This document shows positions 16,981 through 31,418 of a stretch of 64,000 nucleotides of DNA, in pieces. The DNA is from Octopus vulgaris (Eukaryota), in assembly GCA_951406725.2 (NCBI GenBank), contig OX597831.1, forward strand, positions 56,296,001 through 56,360,000, given 5' to 3'. The notes below the pieces were generated by a model. That model worked only from the letters and a program-made list of their open reading frames with translations, was not told the origin of the DNA and searched no databases. The position numbers were made by a program, and so were the translations under genes. The stretch's first letter is position 1. Every line of letters begins with the position of its first letter.

Positions 16981-19900
16981 AAAATATTTTTAATGAAAAT
17001 TTACGGGAAAATGATAGAATGTTATTCTCCAGTATAATTAGAAATCAACCGCTAATTTGAAAATAAAATGAATATTACATGTTGTACATATGTGAACTGT
17101 CAAATATTTAGTGTTGGTGTTTCTTAAATTACAAAATAGATTTTCATCGAAGTATATGTAAAAGTATTTAAATTAATGTTTTTCTTATTTGTTGTCACAA
17201 ATTGTTAACATCTAATTTTAATATTTAGTGAATTTCTTTTACTGTGTTATAAAATATTAAACATAATATAATTTATGATTTACATATCTATAATTGTAAA
17301 TGTGCTTCCTCTTGAAGTAGCAATATAAAAGAAATAGTTCGAGATAACAGAAAAACGCTTTTTGTTTTCTTCTCCGGGAAACTTTCAAATTTTCCTATTC
17401 TAGTTATAAACAGTTTTCAGTTATCCTTCATTTGTTGAAAGCTACAAATTTTATGGAAGTCACTAATTGTATTTTCCATCATATGAAATTTGTAAGGTGT
17501 TAAATATTCTTATATTCATTTATTGATTTAAGATTCTAGTTCTCTTCAAAAGTTTTCTGGAAATAAAATGAGTATTTACATTGTATCTACAATGAAAAAC
17601 ATTAATATAACATTTGTTACACCCCACAAATGTTGAATTAAAATTTGCTTCTCAAAATTAAGGGATTAAGATTTTCTTATTGCATGGATTTTTAAAAAAT
17701 TAACATCCAGAATAAGTTAGTTGATATTTAGAGTCATTATGTCCTAAAAACTTCATGCCAGTTTATAGATGAATTATCATTTTAAATATATAAAACAAAT
17801 ATTTTGATTGTATAATTTCTCTTAGTGTGCCAGACTAACCATTGATCTTTTCTATATATTTTGAAGACTAATGATATAAACTTTTCTTAATGGAACTTAA
17901 AGGAATAAGAATAATTGCTTGGGTTTAGTGTTACAAGGCTGTTAAAATGATTACAAGTATCCTAAGCAAATTTTTATAATCTTTTATTATTGGGTTCACT
18001 TGCCTGGAATTTGTTTTGGGTTTTTTTGAGGTGGGGGGTCTCATTTCACAAATAACATTGTACAAAGTCTAAACTTGCTGTTTAAAATAAACATGTTGTA
18101 AGTTTGACTTCTGAAATTCTTTAAATCTAAACAAAGTTACAAATAAATAAATTTTTTAAAAAAAGGAAGGTTACCCTATTTGTTGCATTTCCAACTCAAC
18201 AGCACCAATATCTTAAGCATTCATGCTTAAACAGAAGATAATGAAAGGGCACAAAGCATCATCAGCATGATGATTGATATTTTCCAAACTGTCTCCTTTC
18301 CTTCTTTTACATTATTAGGTTGTAATGAAATTATATACTTTTGTCTTACTAAATCTAAAACCTATTACTGCCTGTTTTTCATTTTCTTCATGGACCTATA
18401 TCTTGCATTTCTCCAAAGCAACAGCGAAAGTTCAATAGGAAAAACAATAAACTTTGTTTCAATATTCATTGCTCATAGGTGGTGTATGTGAATTAGTTGC
18501 ATTCCTTTGTGATACTGGCCCCTAAAAAATTAATTTGCTAATAATAGTTTCAATTTTTGGCACAAGGCCACTAATTTCGGAGGAGTAATTTCGACCACAG
18601 TATTCTACTGGTATTTATTTTATCAATTCCGAAAGTATGAAAGGCAAGGTCGACCAATTTGCTAATAATGAAAATTGTTTTAAGGGCAAAGTTTCAAAAT
18701 AATAAAGGGGGGAAAACTCCTTACTGCTCCCCAATTCTCAGTAATCTATTATTTTACGGTTATGATGATAGTGATGGATTGCCATTTATGTACGTACAAA
18801 TTGGGGCCTTTTATAGTATCATTTTAAAGAATTTGGAAATATTTTAAAGTAACATTGTTCACGAAAGGTACAATAGATTTATGGGGCAGTAATTAGGTGC
18901 ATCTTGCCAATAAAAATATTATTTTAGCATGCAGAATGCCTTTTAAAAATTACAACACCATATCTTCAATAGTAATGTATTGCATTATTTTATTCAGAAG
19001 TTTAGAAGAAAGGTCAAACATTTGGTTTTTCCCTTTCTTCAATAGATATGAATCTTTATTGTCTTATGTTCTACTCTTTATTCAAAAGATATGATAACCG
19101 TTCTAATTTCTACTTATGCCCTTGGTGACAAAATCAGAGGAATGATTTTTTAAAAATACAACATAAAGCAAGCAATTGAAAAATAAAATATTTCTTATAA
19201 TAATAACAAAAGTTAATTTTCTATCAAATGTCTTCAGAATTTTTCATCATCATTTCGAAAATTGGTAAAATATGACACACTTGGTAAAATATGACACCTG
19301 GGCCAGATAGGCCAAGGGATGAAAGTTATACAGGCTCAAGAAAGTTGGCCCTCAAGGCAGAAATCAAAGTGAAGATTGATAAGGAAAAATCTGTTTTCCA
19401 GATATGACTAAAATACATCAGTGTGCAAAGAAATACATCTGAAACTGCTGAAGAAAATTTGAGATTTATTGGGTACAGCAGTAGAGTCTTTTATTATGCA
19501 ACAGATATTGCTGAATAAGAGTAGTTAACTCTGAAAAAGTAACAATTTAAAAGTAAAACATATACATAAATGTATGTAAACAGATCTATATTAACATATA
19601 ATTTTAAATATCCACTGAACAACAGTAGGTTGTTACAGAAATACTCAAAGAGTGAAAAGAATTGTTGAATGATAAATAATAAGTAAGCAATAATAAGACA
19701 ATTTGACCAACAGTGACTACTGAAAATCTAGGTACTAACTGCTGATTAGATTGCATCACTATATATATATGTAAACACAGAGTTGTATACTTAAAATATG
19801 AGACGTCAATAATACATTATTTTAAAAAAAGTGAGACGCTGCTCCTTAAAGATTGTGTATTTTTTATCATGGATGATACTGAAGTGCTTGAAAATTTATG

Positions 19901-20009
19901 CAAATATCCAGATTTGCTAAACCAACAAACTTGAAATATTGAAAGATTTGAAGCAGAGTCCTTTCATTTGTCTTTGTGGTGTTGTTGTTTTTTTTAGGCT
20001 TATATAATT

Positions 20010-20327
20010 TGGCTGTGTGGTAAGAAGCTTGCTTCCCAACCACATGGTTCCGGGTTCAGTCCCACTGCATGACACCTTGGGCCGACCAAAGTCTTGTGAG
20101 TGAATTTGGCAGATGGAAACAAAGAAGCCCATCATATATATGTATTTGGGTTTGTCCCCTCCACCATCGCTTGACAACCGATGTTGGTGTGCTTACATCC
20201 CTGTAAAATAGCAGTTTGGCAAAAGAAACCAATAGAATAAGTACTAGCCTTACAAAGAATGAGTCCTTTGAGTTAAAGGTGGTGCTCCAGCATGGCTACA
20301 GTCAAAATGACTGAAACAAGTAAGAGA
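20010..20327 (+). mobile_element. tRNA-derived SINE (abundant family)
   Basis: A-box-like GGCTGTGTGG, B-box-like GGTTCAGTCCC; 3' GACTGAAACAAGTAA; near-identical to 39546-39928. Confidence 0.85.
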
Positions 20328-23300
20328 ACTATATACAACTTAACTACTACTGTAATATATCTATTTTCCAGCTAGTTAACCTAAAACAGATAGAGTTATG
20401 TGCCTTGCCTTGAGGCACAATAGTAGCTAAATGTGAAAATTAATGACTACACTATAAGTAACCAAATACTCTCACCTCATTTATTGTGTCCGTTTCAAAT
20501 TATGAACATACATTGTGTTATATGACTCTGGGGTGGAGCCAGAGTGTTGGACTCTTGATTATGCACAGTTAATTCAAAAATTTACTATCAGAACCAATGT
20601 GTTGTACCCCTAACAAAATTACTTGCCTTTATAGGTTTTCTAGTTTCACTTCACAAATGTGTTTTGCAGTAGGAACAGCATCTAACTATGAAAATAATTA
20701 CTTCAATGATTAAACAATTCTACCCATACCAGCATGAAAAGATGATGTAAAAGACCATACATTGTGAGAAAGTGAAAAGGATGCTAACGAGTATCATGGG
20801 TTTATATATATTGTGGGTGTGTTGGTGTACATACTTTGCAGCCTAGCTGATTCCAAATAAATTACAATGCTTTTTTTCATACCTACATTACAATAGTAAA
20901 GCCTCAAAATGTATTCTAGCATCTGGACATCTGAAGAATTCCTTATGAAAATGACTACATTACTATTGTAAGGGGTTCATACCATTTTCACACGTTTATA
21001 TCAACAATTGATCAACCTGAAGTGACTTACAAACACTCTTCAAATATAAAGGTAAGTATATTAATGATTTCAGAGAAATGAAAATTTGAGATAATTTTGT
21101 CTTAGCCTGATTCAAGTATTCAAAGTCCAGTGTTTCTGTAATCAGCAGCTGTTAAAATTTCAAATGAAATTCAAAGATCCTGTTGGTTTTTTTTTTAAAG
21201 AATTCAATAATTAATTTGAATATAACCTTTAATTGTCCTGGTTTCATAAAAAAAATAATAATTCCTTGTGTTACTGGTCATATTTCTTGCTGCTGTGGAA
21301 TTTGGTATTAATTGGAATAGAAGTAAGAAAAGTTAGATGGTGAGCAACTGATATTTGCATGAAGTTGTCTTGCCTATTTCTTTTAGCCTGTGCATAAAAT
21401 AACGAATGCCAAACGATAAGAAGAACATGAAGACAATTGAACAGAAGAATAAGCTGGATAAATATATTGATAAAACAAATATAATTATCATAGTCCTGAT
21501 TTCTTTCCCTTTTATTTTATTGATTGATAGATAAGAACCATCTCATTTTTCAGTATTTGTAATTCATACACGGTATAAAGAAGTATTAGTGACCTCCCTT
21601 TAAACCCTCCGTTTCGTTATCTTTATTATTATTAACCTTTTATTGCTTTTCAAAATGTATCCATCTCATTTTCTATATATATATACCTTATATTAGGTTG
21701 CTGCATCACAGCTTCTCTATGTTCTCATTCTTTTTGCTTTTACCCTTCCGTTTTATCTATATTATCATATCTCTTACTTAATAAATTTTAAAAGATTTAG
21801 AATAAAATTATATTTAATCATTTCTAAAATGTTACTAAACATACTTTACAACAGACTTCTTTTATACTAATAAAATTGTTACAGAAAGTACTTCTACATT
21901 TAACTGTATTGTTATAGTACTTATGATAAGGGATAAACCAGTAGTCTTCAATCACATGTCGCAAGGGGTATCTTGTTGCACCATGGATTTTTCAAAATAT
22001 TTTACTTTAGAAAATGCATACTAAATTGTTCAGCAAGTTGAAAAACAAGTTATTGATATTACACAAGTGTAATAAATAAATAAATAAAACAAGCATTACT
22101 TTTTTAAATAAATTTTTACTTAAACGTTTTATTTAAAAATTTCTTCTTTGCAACTTTCCATGCAAAGTGCACCAAGTAATTTCTATTTAATCTCCAGTGC
22201 ATCACAAAGTATATATAAAAAAAATAGTAAGTGAAATTATACACCTTAGTTATTAATTACTTTAAAATAATTTATTTTATTTGAAACTTTTTTTTCATTT
22301 AATATTAATTTTATTCATAGGCACAACACAGCATATTTATAGAAGATGAGTGTTTATAATCTTCATTAAGAAAATTAGCAACATAAATTAAACTGCTACA
22401 GTGAGGAATTTAAATCAAATTACAAGATTCAGCTCACCTAGGGCTTGCCTCTACATTATAGCACATATAACTCAAGGATTCATTATCAAACAATTTATTT
22501 TTCTCTCCTCAAGCAGTAATACATTTCCACCCCATACGATAGATAGTGGATAGAAACCTGTGAAAGCAAAAAAAGAAAATTGTCTAGTAGGAGTAAACTT
22601 TTAAATTCAAATTTTAGTTAACAAATCCACTACAATATTGATTAAACATATTCATTTTTTATGATCCCATGTTTTGACCAATATCAACTATAAAAATTCT
22701 TACATGTTCAGCCAACAAGAGAACCTCTAAGTGGTTGCATGCTGTTATTTAAAAGAGGTAGGAAGGACTTGATAAATAACAAAGTCTCAGACAATACCTG
22801 ACAACAAAAAAACAGAATGTTTAAGACTGAAATACTTTTGATTATAGGGTTGAAAAACTCTTCTACGACGTTCACTATCCAGAAAATGTAGATTATTACA
22901 AAGTATCTATATTTTCTGTGGTTCACAAAGATACATGTTATCATCCTGCATGTCTGTTGTATTAAGAAGACATGTCAGTTGAAGGAGATTTCTCACTACA
23001 GATGCTTTTGTACCTTATTTATCCCAGAAAGATTATTTTCTGCTAAAGGCCAAGTGAATTGTAGTTTATCCTAGCCTTCACAGCATCAAGTACTTCAAAT
23101 ACATAACTCTCTCAAGACAGGAATACCAGTTTAAATCATATTTTTACTTATAGGAGTATTTGAACTCGGCATTACATCAGCTTTCATTAATGATGCATTA
23201 CACTTCCTGTAGCATTAATATTTGCAGTTAGTTGAATTGAGCCATTGATATTTAAAACAATGTAAACAAGAAAATACAAATTGTAAATACTTTTGAAGTG

Positions 23301-23440
23301 TAACCAGTCATTTTAATTTAACCAACTGCATAACCCTAGGCATTAAAGAAACTTTATTTTTTCTCAAAGGCCAAGAAATGTCTTTAGATTTGAGCAATTT
23401 TTGGCATTTATAAAACTGAATTAGCTAATTTGATGTTTTA

Positions 23441-23650
23441 TGAGGGGATGATGAAAAGTTCCTGGCTTTAAGGGTATCTTGAAAGACCTGGTTGGAAGCC
23501 CAACCTTCTGAGTTCTTTTGCAGGTTTTAGAAAAACTGAAGGACTACTGCAATAAGTGTGTGAATCTGAGAGAATATGTTGAATAAAATCATAATTAACT
23601 GATCCTCCTATATTTTCTTTTACCCAAAATAGGAACTTTTCAGCACCACG
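23441..23650 (+). mobile_element. Mariner-derived MITE
   Basis: TA|TGAGGGGATGATGAAAAGTTCCT ... AGGAACTTTTCAGCACC TIRs; carries a transposase C-terminal remnant (KCVNLR.EYVE*). Confidence 0.7.
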
Positions 23651-23749
23651 TCCCATTGTGATATATTTGATGATGCCTGTTTTTGAATACTGGAATTCAG
23701 GAAAAATCTGTTATACTACTGGCTTATTAATCAAAGTTATACATGTGAT

Positions 23750-24080
23750 GGTGCATGGCTCAGTGGTTAGTGTCGAGCTTACAATCGTGAGGCTGTGAGT
23801 TCAATTCCTGGACCGGGCTGTGGGTTGTGTTCTTGAGCAAGACACTTTCTTTCACGTTGCTCCAGTTAACTCAGCTGTAGAAATGAGTTGCGACATCACT
23901 GGTGCCAAGCTATATCGGCCTTTGCCTTTCCCTTGGATAACATCAGTGGTGTAGAGAGGGGAGGCTGGTAGGCATGAGAGACTGCTGGCCTTCCACAAAC
24001 AACTTTGCCTGGACTTGTGCCTTAGAGGGTAACTTTCTAGGTGCAATCCCATGGTCATTCATGACCAAAGGGGGTCTCCA
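23750..24080 (+). mobile_element. tRNA-derived SINE (second family)
   Basis: TGGCTCAGTGGTTAG A box, GAGTTCAATTCC B box, core GTGTTCTTGAGCAAGACACTT..CTCAGCTG; related copy at 37403-37685. Confidence 0.8.
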
Positions 24081-25199
24081 ACATGTCTTACAAGTGACTG
24101 ATCTGATACTTGTGTTGAGATTGAACAACATATAAGAGTCAATTAATAACACAAAGCTACTAAATTCACTTTAAATTTATTTCAAGACATGTTAAGTTCT
24201 ACTGTGGCACTTGACAGTGAACAGGTCACAGCTGTGTGACTAAAATTTTGACCTCATGAAATAGATCAAAATTTAACAGTAAGTTTAATTTGTATGTTAT
24301 TATATGGCTCTCCCGTATAATAACCTTATCTTTAACATTACTAAATTTAAGTCTTTCTTCCTGAATTTACAACCACTTTCTTTCAAATTTAAAGTTTCAT
24401 CCAGCTGCATTTTTCAAAATATTTTCATCTACTGCTAACACACTTTAAACCCTATACAGAACAATGTACACAGATCTTTTTTCAGAGATGGCTCACTCTA
24501 AAATTCTCTTTGCACTCATATATTTTCTTTACAAAGCTCTTGACTTTCCTAATTTGACACTGCATTTCCAAACTATAAGCAAAGCTTATATTAAATACAT
24601 TCATATGCTGTTCTATGCATTCAGTGCAGATATCAATTTGAGGATACATCTTTCAGTGTGCTATTTTCAACCACTCCTGCATAAATACTAGTTACATAGT
24701 GCCACTGTTTGTCAGAAAGTACAGATGAAAAAAATTTCCCATAGATTTCTCATGCTTCCAGATTCAATAGGAGCTTAAACTCTTGGATAATTTCATACTA
24801 TTGTAATCCCACATCCTCTTCTTGCCCAATTAGCACAGGATTTTGAGAGGCCTACTTAGAGCCACTACCCACAACTGGGTTTCTTATATGAATCAACATA
24901 ATGATTACTGGCAACTCACGATATATATTATCTTCTTCAGCTTCTTCATAAACAAACAATAAAAACATATGAAATGCCAATTTGAGAAAATTCTACACAT
25001 CTCTACAGAAAAAAAGACCTCTACTAACCTGCAAGCAACATTTTATTATTTTCTGAGGAAATACAATTCTCTTATGTATGTGTTATCTATTTCTGCAATG
25101 CAAGCAAATCTATATTTCAGCTTTACTCAAAACAATAATGTCTGTACATATATAGAAGTAACTCCATCACCAATCACTTCTCTTACATGAATATAAGCA

Positions 25200-27320
25200 A
25201 TAAAGATTTTCAATGACTCAAAGTTACTCTTCTTTGCATCTCTAATTTCAACCACTCTCCCAATTTTTCTAATCACCATCTACTTTCTGACTGTCTCACA
25301 TTTTGTCATGAAGACATCTGCCTCATTTCACTTGTTTCTTAATGTCATCATCCTAAGATGCATACAATTTCTTTTGGTTCTCTTGTATGTCCTACAATGC
25401 TCATATCAGCACAAAATATAAATTATTTGCTACCCTGACCTCCTCTGCATGTTAGTATCTACTGCACAACAGTCAAAGCCCCATAAACTCCTCTGATACT
25501 TCAAGTCAACTGAAGTGTTCAAATTCTGATAAATTCTTCACCAAATACTACTGACAGAAAATTTGCCTCATCCCAAAACCCTCTTCGTACTTACATCACC
25601 CCACATCCTTTATCCAGCCATAAAATATTTAAATAATTCACTTAGAACTATGCAATTTTTTCTACATCACCTAGAGAAATTACCCATCACAAAACCAACA
25701 GGACAATCATCAGAAAATCAAGGGATGATTATATATACCACACAACCTTCAAATTATATCTACCAAATTGCAGCAGAGTTTTATGATCCCTTACCAAGTA
25801 GTTTTCTCTCAATTTTTCAGAATCCTCATTATCTACTATTTTTCAACCAGGTCAGTTGTATAAGTAGCTTTTAATAAAGTCACCATATCTGCAACCTGTT
25901 TTGCTTCCAATTCTATGCTGCACAGACAGTAAACCCGATTCCAAACTTTGATTCACCTGTCCATCTGTCTCACCACTAAGTATTCAACTGGTCTGGATAG
26001 TGCTTTCTATTATTCTAAAACATTATTACTATTTTTTAACAAACTCATTAATCTTTCTCTATTTACAATGATTTATTCTGATCTATCTAAATACAACACA
26101 ATGTATCCCATTCCCAAGAAGTGCAATCCCTTTGACCATGCCAGCTATCAACCTATTGCTGCTGTCACTTCCAACTTATCAACAGTTTTAAACAACTATC
26201 TTGGGTGTCACTCCCACCTCAGTGACTACAAACATGATTTCCTTAAACCAAAGCTACCAAAGTCTTTCTCTTCTTTGACCTGCACTGATGAGATATCACT
26301 CTTTGAAACTTCAATTGTTTCTTTTCATTTGGCATCAACCAATCTTTCAACTTTGCTTGGCATGAAAACTTTTTAATAAGTTTTTCAACTAAGAGTTTCA
26401 TATATGCCCTATTTCCTCAACCAGATTTTTCAGATGTACCATCTACCTAACAGGGCTCTCGCCACCCTAAACTATCATCTCTAGTTTACTCTACCATTTG
26501 GTTATACCACCATACTTCCTTTTCTGCATTAATGACCATTTTGATGTCTAACAACACACCATCTTCCCCTATGCATTTGACATCACTCTTTCTAAACTTC
26601 TTCACACAAGCATCATCTATACATAATCTGTAATTTATGCTAGTTTTACACTTCTTCCATGAACTTGAAAACATCTTCCAACAGGAACATGACAACAAAG
26701 AACCAAGAATCAATTGTTACACATATCAAGGCAATAGTTATGAACCCCATCTCCTTACACATGAGTAGAAACAATTTATATTCACTAAAAATGTCAGGAC
26801 TCATAATCTCTTATGTTGACCGCATAGCATTTCTGATATTGCATCCCAAAACTAGGCTTTATGCTCCAGTTTGTATTCCTTAAAGACTCTCAACATAATT
26901 CTAATGAGACCCATATTGGGATATTTCATATACATATGGGACAATGCTGGTGTTATTCACACAAAAATTCTAGATTGCATGCATTCAAAAGAAGTCTATT
27001 TAATTGATTGGTATTCACCACTGTCTCTCAAATTGTATTTTCTCACCATCTCTTCTACAACTACTACTATGGCCTTTGCTTTCAGAAGTAACAAGCTGCC
27101 AAGGCTTTTATCCTGGCTACCAAAGACAATCCTTTCTCCTGCTCTCATTACCTTTACAGCATTATTCTCCACCATCCTCTGATATATCCTGAACTAAATA
27201 GTTTGCCCATTTATTCCTAACTAATAAATTGCAGCTTTTTTAAACTCATTCTCCATCTATGTTTTTTCCTCAGACATCAATCAGCAATTTTTCCAAATGA
27301 ATATCAACTGCATCAATTGT
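25200..27320 (+). mobile_element. Highly decayed CR1/L2-group LINE (RT pseudogene)
   Basis: PIPKKCNPFDHASYQPIA (PIPKKG..NYRPI motif) and RPILGYFIYIW..ILDCMHSK (RP.MEY..HIW..LD.VQ.K); many stops and frameshifts. Confidence 0.7.
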
Positions 27321-27699
27321 ATGTCTAAGAGGGCCTACAATGTTAATGAGCTCTATCTGACTTCCACTAACTAACTAATAGAAAAGCAAAGTTAATCTAC
27401 CTACAGTTTATGATTCCTTTGATATGTATCATTTAAGGTCAAGATATCATAGTATGAAGATAAGTTTTCATAGAGGTAAATCTGAAACTTCATTTCTTTT
27501 ATGCCTCACCATTAGGAAAGACATATTTGTCAGAAAGACTATTAAGACCATGGATCATTATTAAACATCAGGCCAGTTAGAGAGAAGAGACAGCTTGTTT
27601 GTGAACTAGAGAATGAAGAGTGCCTGTGAGTGATTAATGCCAATCAGTCAGGTAAACTTTTCTGGATGCAAAGTATGCTTGCTTCATTTCTTTTGTAAT

Positions 27700-28900
27700 G
27701 TTTGTAAATTCTGTGCATAAAAGGTTCATTGTCTCACTACCAAGCAGCATCACACTTCAAACACAAGTACTATACAATCCACTCTTCACTCTGAAAGAGA
27801 AACCTTTTGCTACCAACATGGGTAATATCTTTCTGAACTTTCTCCATGCCATTCTTTTACTATTACACTTTTGAAGCACTCACTTTCACTGCTATTTAGG
27901 TTACCTAGGTAAAGAAAACTATCAACTATTTATAATGAGCTTTCTGGGTATTCAAAGGAATTTATTTTTCTTGTATTCTTACTACTAATTACTTCTGTGA
28001 ATCTTCCACATACACAATCTAACTTCATTATCACCAGCCTGTGATCATACGACACCTCTTGCACATCATATGGAATTTTTACCTCTTTGCTACTTATTGA
28101 ACACAATGATTACTCTGATAGCAATTAGAGCCTGATTTCTTCTTGATTTACTAAAACTTAGTCATTGCTAAGTTTATTTTGAGGTCTCTTAATTCTAGGT
28201 TTTGCTTTTATGTATGGAATTTCTTCTCTAAATCTTCAGATTCAGTTATAAGAATCAGGTCATCAACATAGTGGAGTTCCCACGAAAAACTAATCTTAAA
28301 CTCCTCTGTTATGGCCAAGGTTATGAAACCCTATCACATCCTTAATCCTTGTTGAAGTCATTGTTGACTCACCTTGCTGACTGTATTTCTGTACATGGCT
28401 TGTACAACCCTCACAAGCCATTCATCTGTCTTAGTTTCCTTAATGACCACCAAATAACAGAGTGTGGAACTTTGTAGAAGCCCTTCATGTCACTAGATAT
28501 AGTGGCTTGTATCTTAGTACTTCTTCAGTTGTATCTCTAAGAAGATGACATCAATTACTCCTGCCTCAAAGCTGAACTGCATGACATCAAGGTGAATTAT
28601 TTTCCAAATTAATTGTGTTCCAATTCTTTCCATAACTTTCATAACCTGGTCCAACAATCTGATATCTATGGAATCACCTCTCTCTGGAGCACTTCTTTTG
28701 CCCTTGTAACATTTGACAATGATACTGATACACCAATCACTGGATATGACATTCTCCTGATTAGTTATATGAGTTACTACCATATTGGCAATGTGAATAA
28801 CTAGCATGTACCCTACTTCACCAGGTATTATAAGCATCTAAGTTACTATTCCTCCTGGACCAATTACCTTCCTTGTATTTGTGTCCTTGTCAATACTTGC
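27700..28900 (-). mobile_element. Decayed RTE-clade LINE fragment
   Basis: ORF 28514-28837: DW..SIIVKCYKGK..IRLLDQVMKVMERI..MQFSF, typical pre-RT/RT of RTE. Confidence 0.8.
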
Positions 28901-28938
28901 TATGGAACCTTCCTTCCCCAATATATAGATATATAGCC

Positions 28939-31245
28939 ATTATGTATGCACTTAATTTAAGTCAGTGAATAGTTAGATTAAGTCATGGAGAATTAAACAT
29001 TGAAGAGCTGATGAGCATCACCTAAAACATATTCTGACCTGAAAACAGTATGTGAAATATCAATTCAGTAATTCATTGTTATCTTCTGTTTTATTTCATC
29101 AATAGAGACTATGTATAAGAGTAAAATATTGAATCCAAAGAAGGTCTGAAACCACTACTGTTACAACATATTATCAGTAAGCTTTATTGATACATACTAG
29201 AATGATTGACTAACAACTCACAACTAACTTATAACCAAAATTTATCCAAAAGCTCTCAAGATTAGTTTTGCTCTTGTTCTGAAGTATAAGCAAAAGTCTT
29301 AAAATAATCACAAATATTTTCTATAATATTTTTGTTTAAATTATTTCTGACATCTGAGAAAATCTTTTCAGAGCTTTTAACACGACTAAAGCACTCTATT
29401 TTCAGTCATTTTAATTTGTATTATCCAGTAACTACTTTAATCAACGGTCTTGGCTTATACATTACAGTTTATGGTTTTTATGAATTTCTGCTAAAACTAG
29501 AAAAATGCCAATGAGATGGACAATGTTAAGTAAACTTTTCTAACACAAAATAACTGAGGTATCATATTGACACAATGTCACTAACTTACAGAGAAATAAA
29601 AGACAAAATTAACTCCAGCAGGATTTGAACCCATAACCTGATGCACTGAAACTAGAGAAAGCAGTTTTGTTTGAGATACAACTATTTTTACTACTCTATG
29701 AATTTTTTTGATAGTTTTTTTTTTTTATCATTCTAAGTTACAATAGCAAGATTTTAATTTTAATTAAAAATTGTCATCAAACTGGATACCATAAAATATT
29801 TTCTTTGGCTTTACACTTTGGTCCTGATTTCATGAATTTCTGGCAATTTATTATACAGAAACACAGAGGTTAGGGAATGTATGAAGTGTTAACTAATTCC
29901 AAGCTCATTATAGAATTCAGTTACATGAAAAGCCTTCAACTTGGAATCAAAATCAAATTAGAAACTTGATTATTTTCAGCTTACCTTTAAGGTTTTTGCT
30001 ATCCACATAAAAGGACCCTAAAAATTAATGACCTTCCACGGTATTATTTGTTGGTGTTTTTTAACAAAATAAGTCCTTAAGATGAAAAAATATATTACAC
30101 TCTTGAGATGTTAACATGCTAAATCTCATTAAATCAATACATTTTTTTTGCTGCCATTTAGCTGGAAAAAGAAGTATCATTAAGATACCTTTAAACATAA
30201 GTGTCATGGCAACGTAACTAAAGAGCTTTAATGAGATGTAACTTTGAATTAACCAACCTGCCTGAGACCACCTCTGGTGCTATGATACCAGCTTCCTGTT
30301 TTAAATTAAGTGATCTAAATTAAAGTCATTCATTACAATTTCCTGTTAATTTATGTTCCAAAGTGCAGATTATTAACAACAAAATTACTTGAAATGAAAG
30401 TGGTGCATTTCAACAGAAAGATATTAACAAAAGGGTTAATTTTACAACCATACATTTCTTAAGTCATCTTTTTCCTTATGTGGAATGAATGAATCTTACA
30501 ACAAAACCTGTTTGCAATAAAGCTAATGTGATTAAAACTTGAATATATATATATATAGTAGAGATATGTTACAAAAAGAAAATATAAAATACACGTGGAA
30601 ATGTAAGGGTAAAATATGAAAAATCAACGAAAATGCACATTGTAAATGAAAAAAGGCTTTTTATGACAGGTAAAGACAAATATATACATTTAGATTGACT
30701 GAGGTAGTAATAAAAGTCATTATTATGAGATGATTATAAAGTCAGAAAACAAAGCGTACCGTGATTTCCGCAAAGCTATTCATCGCTTTTTATATATATA
30801 CTTTTGAATTTCTCATTCAAATTTTGATGAGTACATCTTATTCTGAACAACATTAAACCGGTTTAGTTTCGTTTGCCTAGATTATATAGTTACTTAGATA
30901 TTTACATCTCAAATGATATCAAAAGATCAAGATTTAAAGATTTTCTACAAGAGAAATTTTAATCTTGAGAGCTTTTAGATAATTTTTGGTTCTAAGTTAA
31001 TTTTGAGTTGTAAGATAGTCATGCTATCTTAGATAGTCTAAGATACCCAATAAGGCTTAATGATAATATGCTGTGACGGTAGTTGTCTCAATCCTTGTTT
31101 GAATCCAATATTTTACTCTATACATATTTCACATGCTGTTTTCAGGTCAGAATATGTTTTAGGTGATGCTCATCAGCTCTTCAATGTTTAATTTTCCATG
31201 ATTTATTCTAACTATTCACTAGCTTAAATTAATTGCATACATAAT
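28939..31245. repeat. Long inverted repeat, arms 28939-29264 and 30960-31245
   Basis: First 122 nt differ at 7 positions; 58-nt perfect block at 28991-29048; left arm has a ~50-nt insertion. Confidence 0.9.
30253..30435. mobile_element. TTAA-flanked piggyBac-like MITE (degraded)
   Basis: TTAA|CC ... AAAAGGG|TTAA ends. Confidence 0.5.
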
Positions 31246-31250
31246 TAATT

Positions 31251-31414
31251 GGTGTTAGGAAGGGCATCCTTGGCGTTAGGAAGGGCATCCAGCCGTAGAA
31301 ACACTGCCAGATCAGACTGGGCCTAATGCAGCCTTCTGGCTTCACAGACCCCAGTTGAACTGTCCAACCCATGCTAGCATGGAAAACGGACGCTAAATGA
31401 TGATGATGATGATG
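31251..31414 (+). mobile_element. RTE 3'-end element
   Basis: GGCGTTAGGAAGGGCATCCAG..CCATGCTAGCATGG..(GAT)n tail. Confidence 0.85.
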
Positions 31415-31418
31415 AATC

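Noticed and set aside
19262-19297. Tandem duplication of TTGGTAAAATATGACAC
   Set aside because: Simple local slippage duplication with no further structure
23750-23830. tRNA gene
   Set aside because: A/B boxes belong to a SINE head; no complete cloverleaf, and it continues into the SINE core
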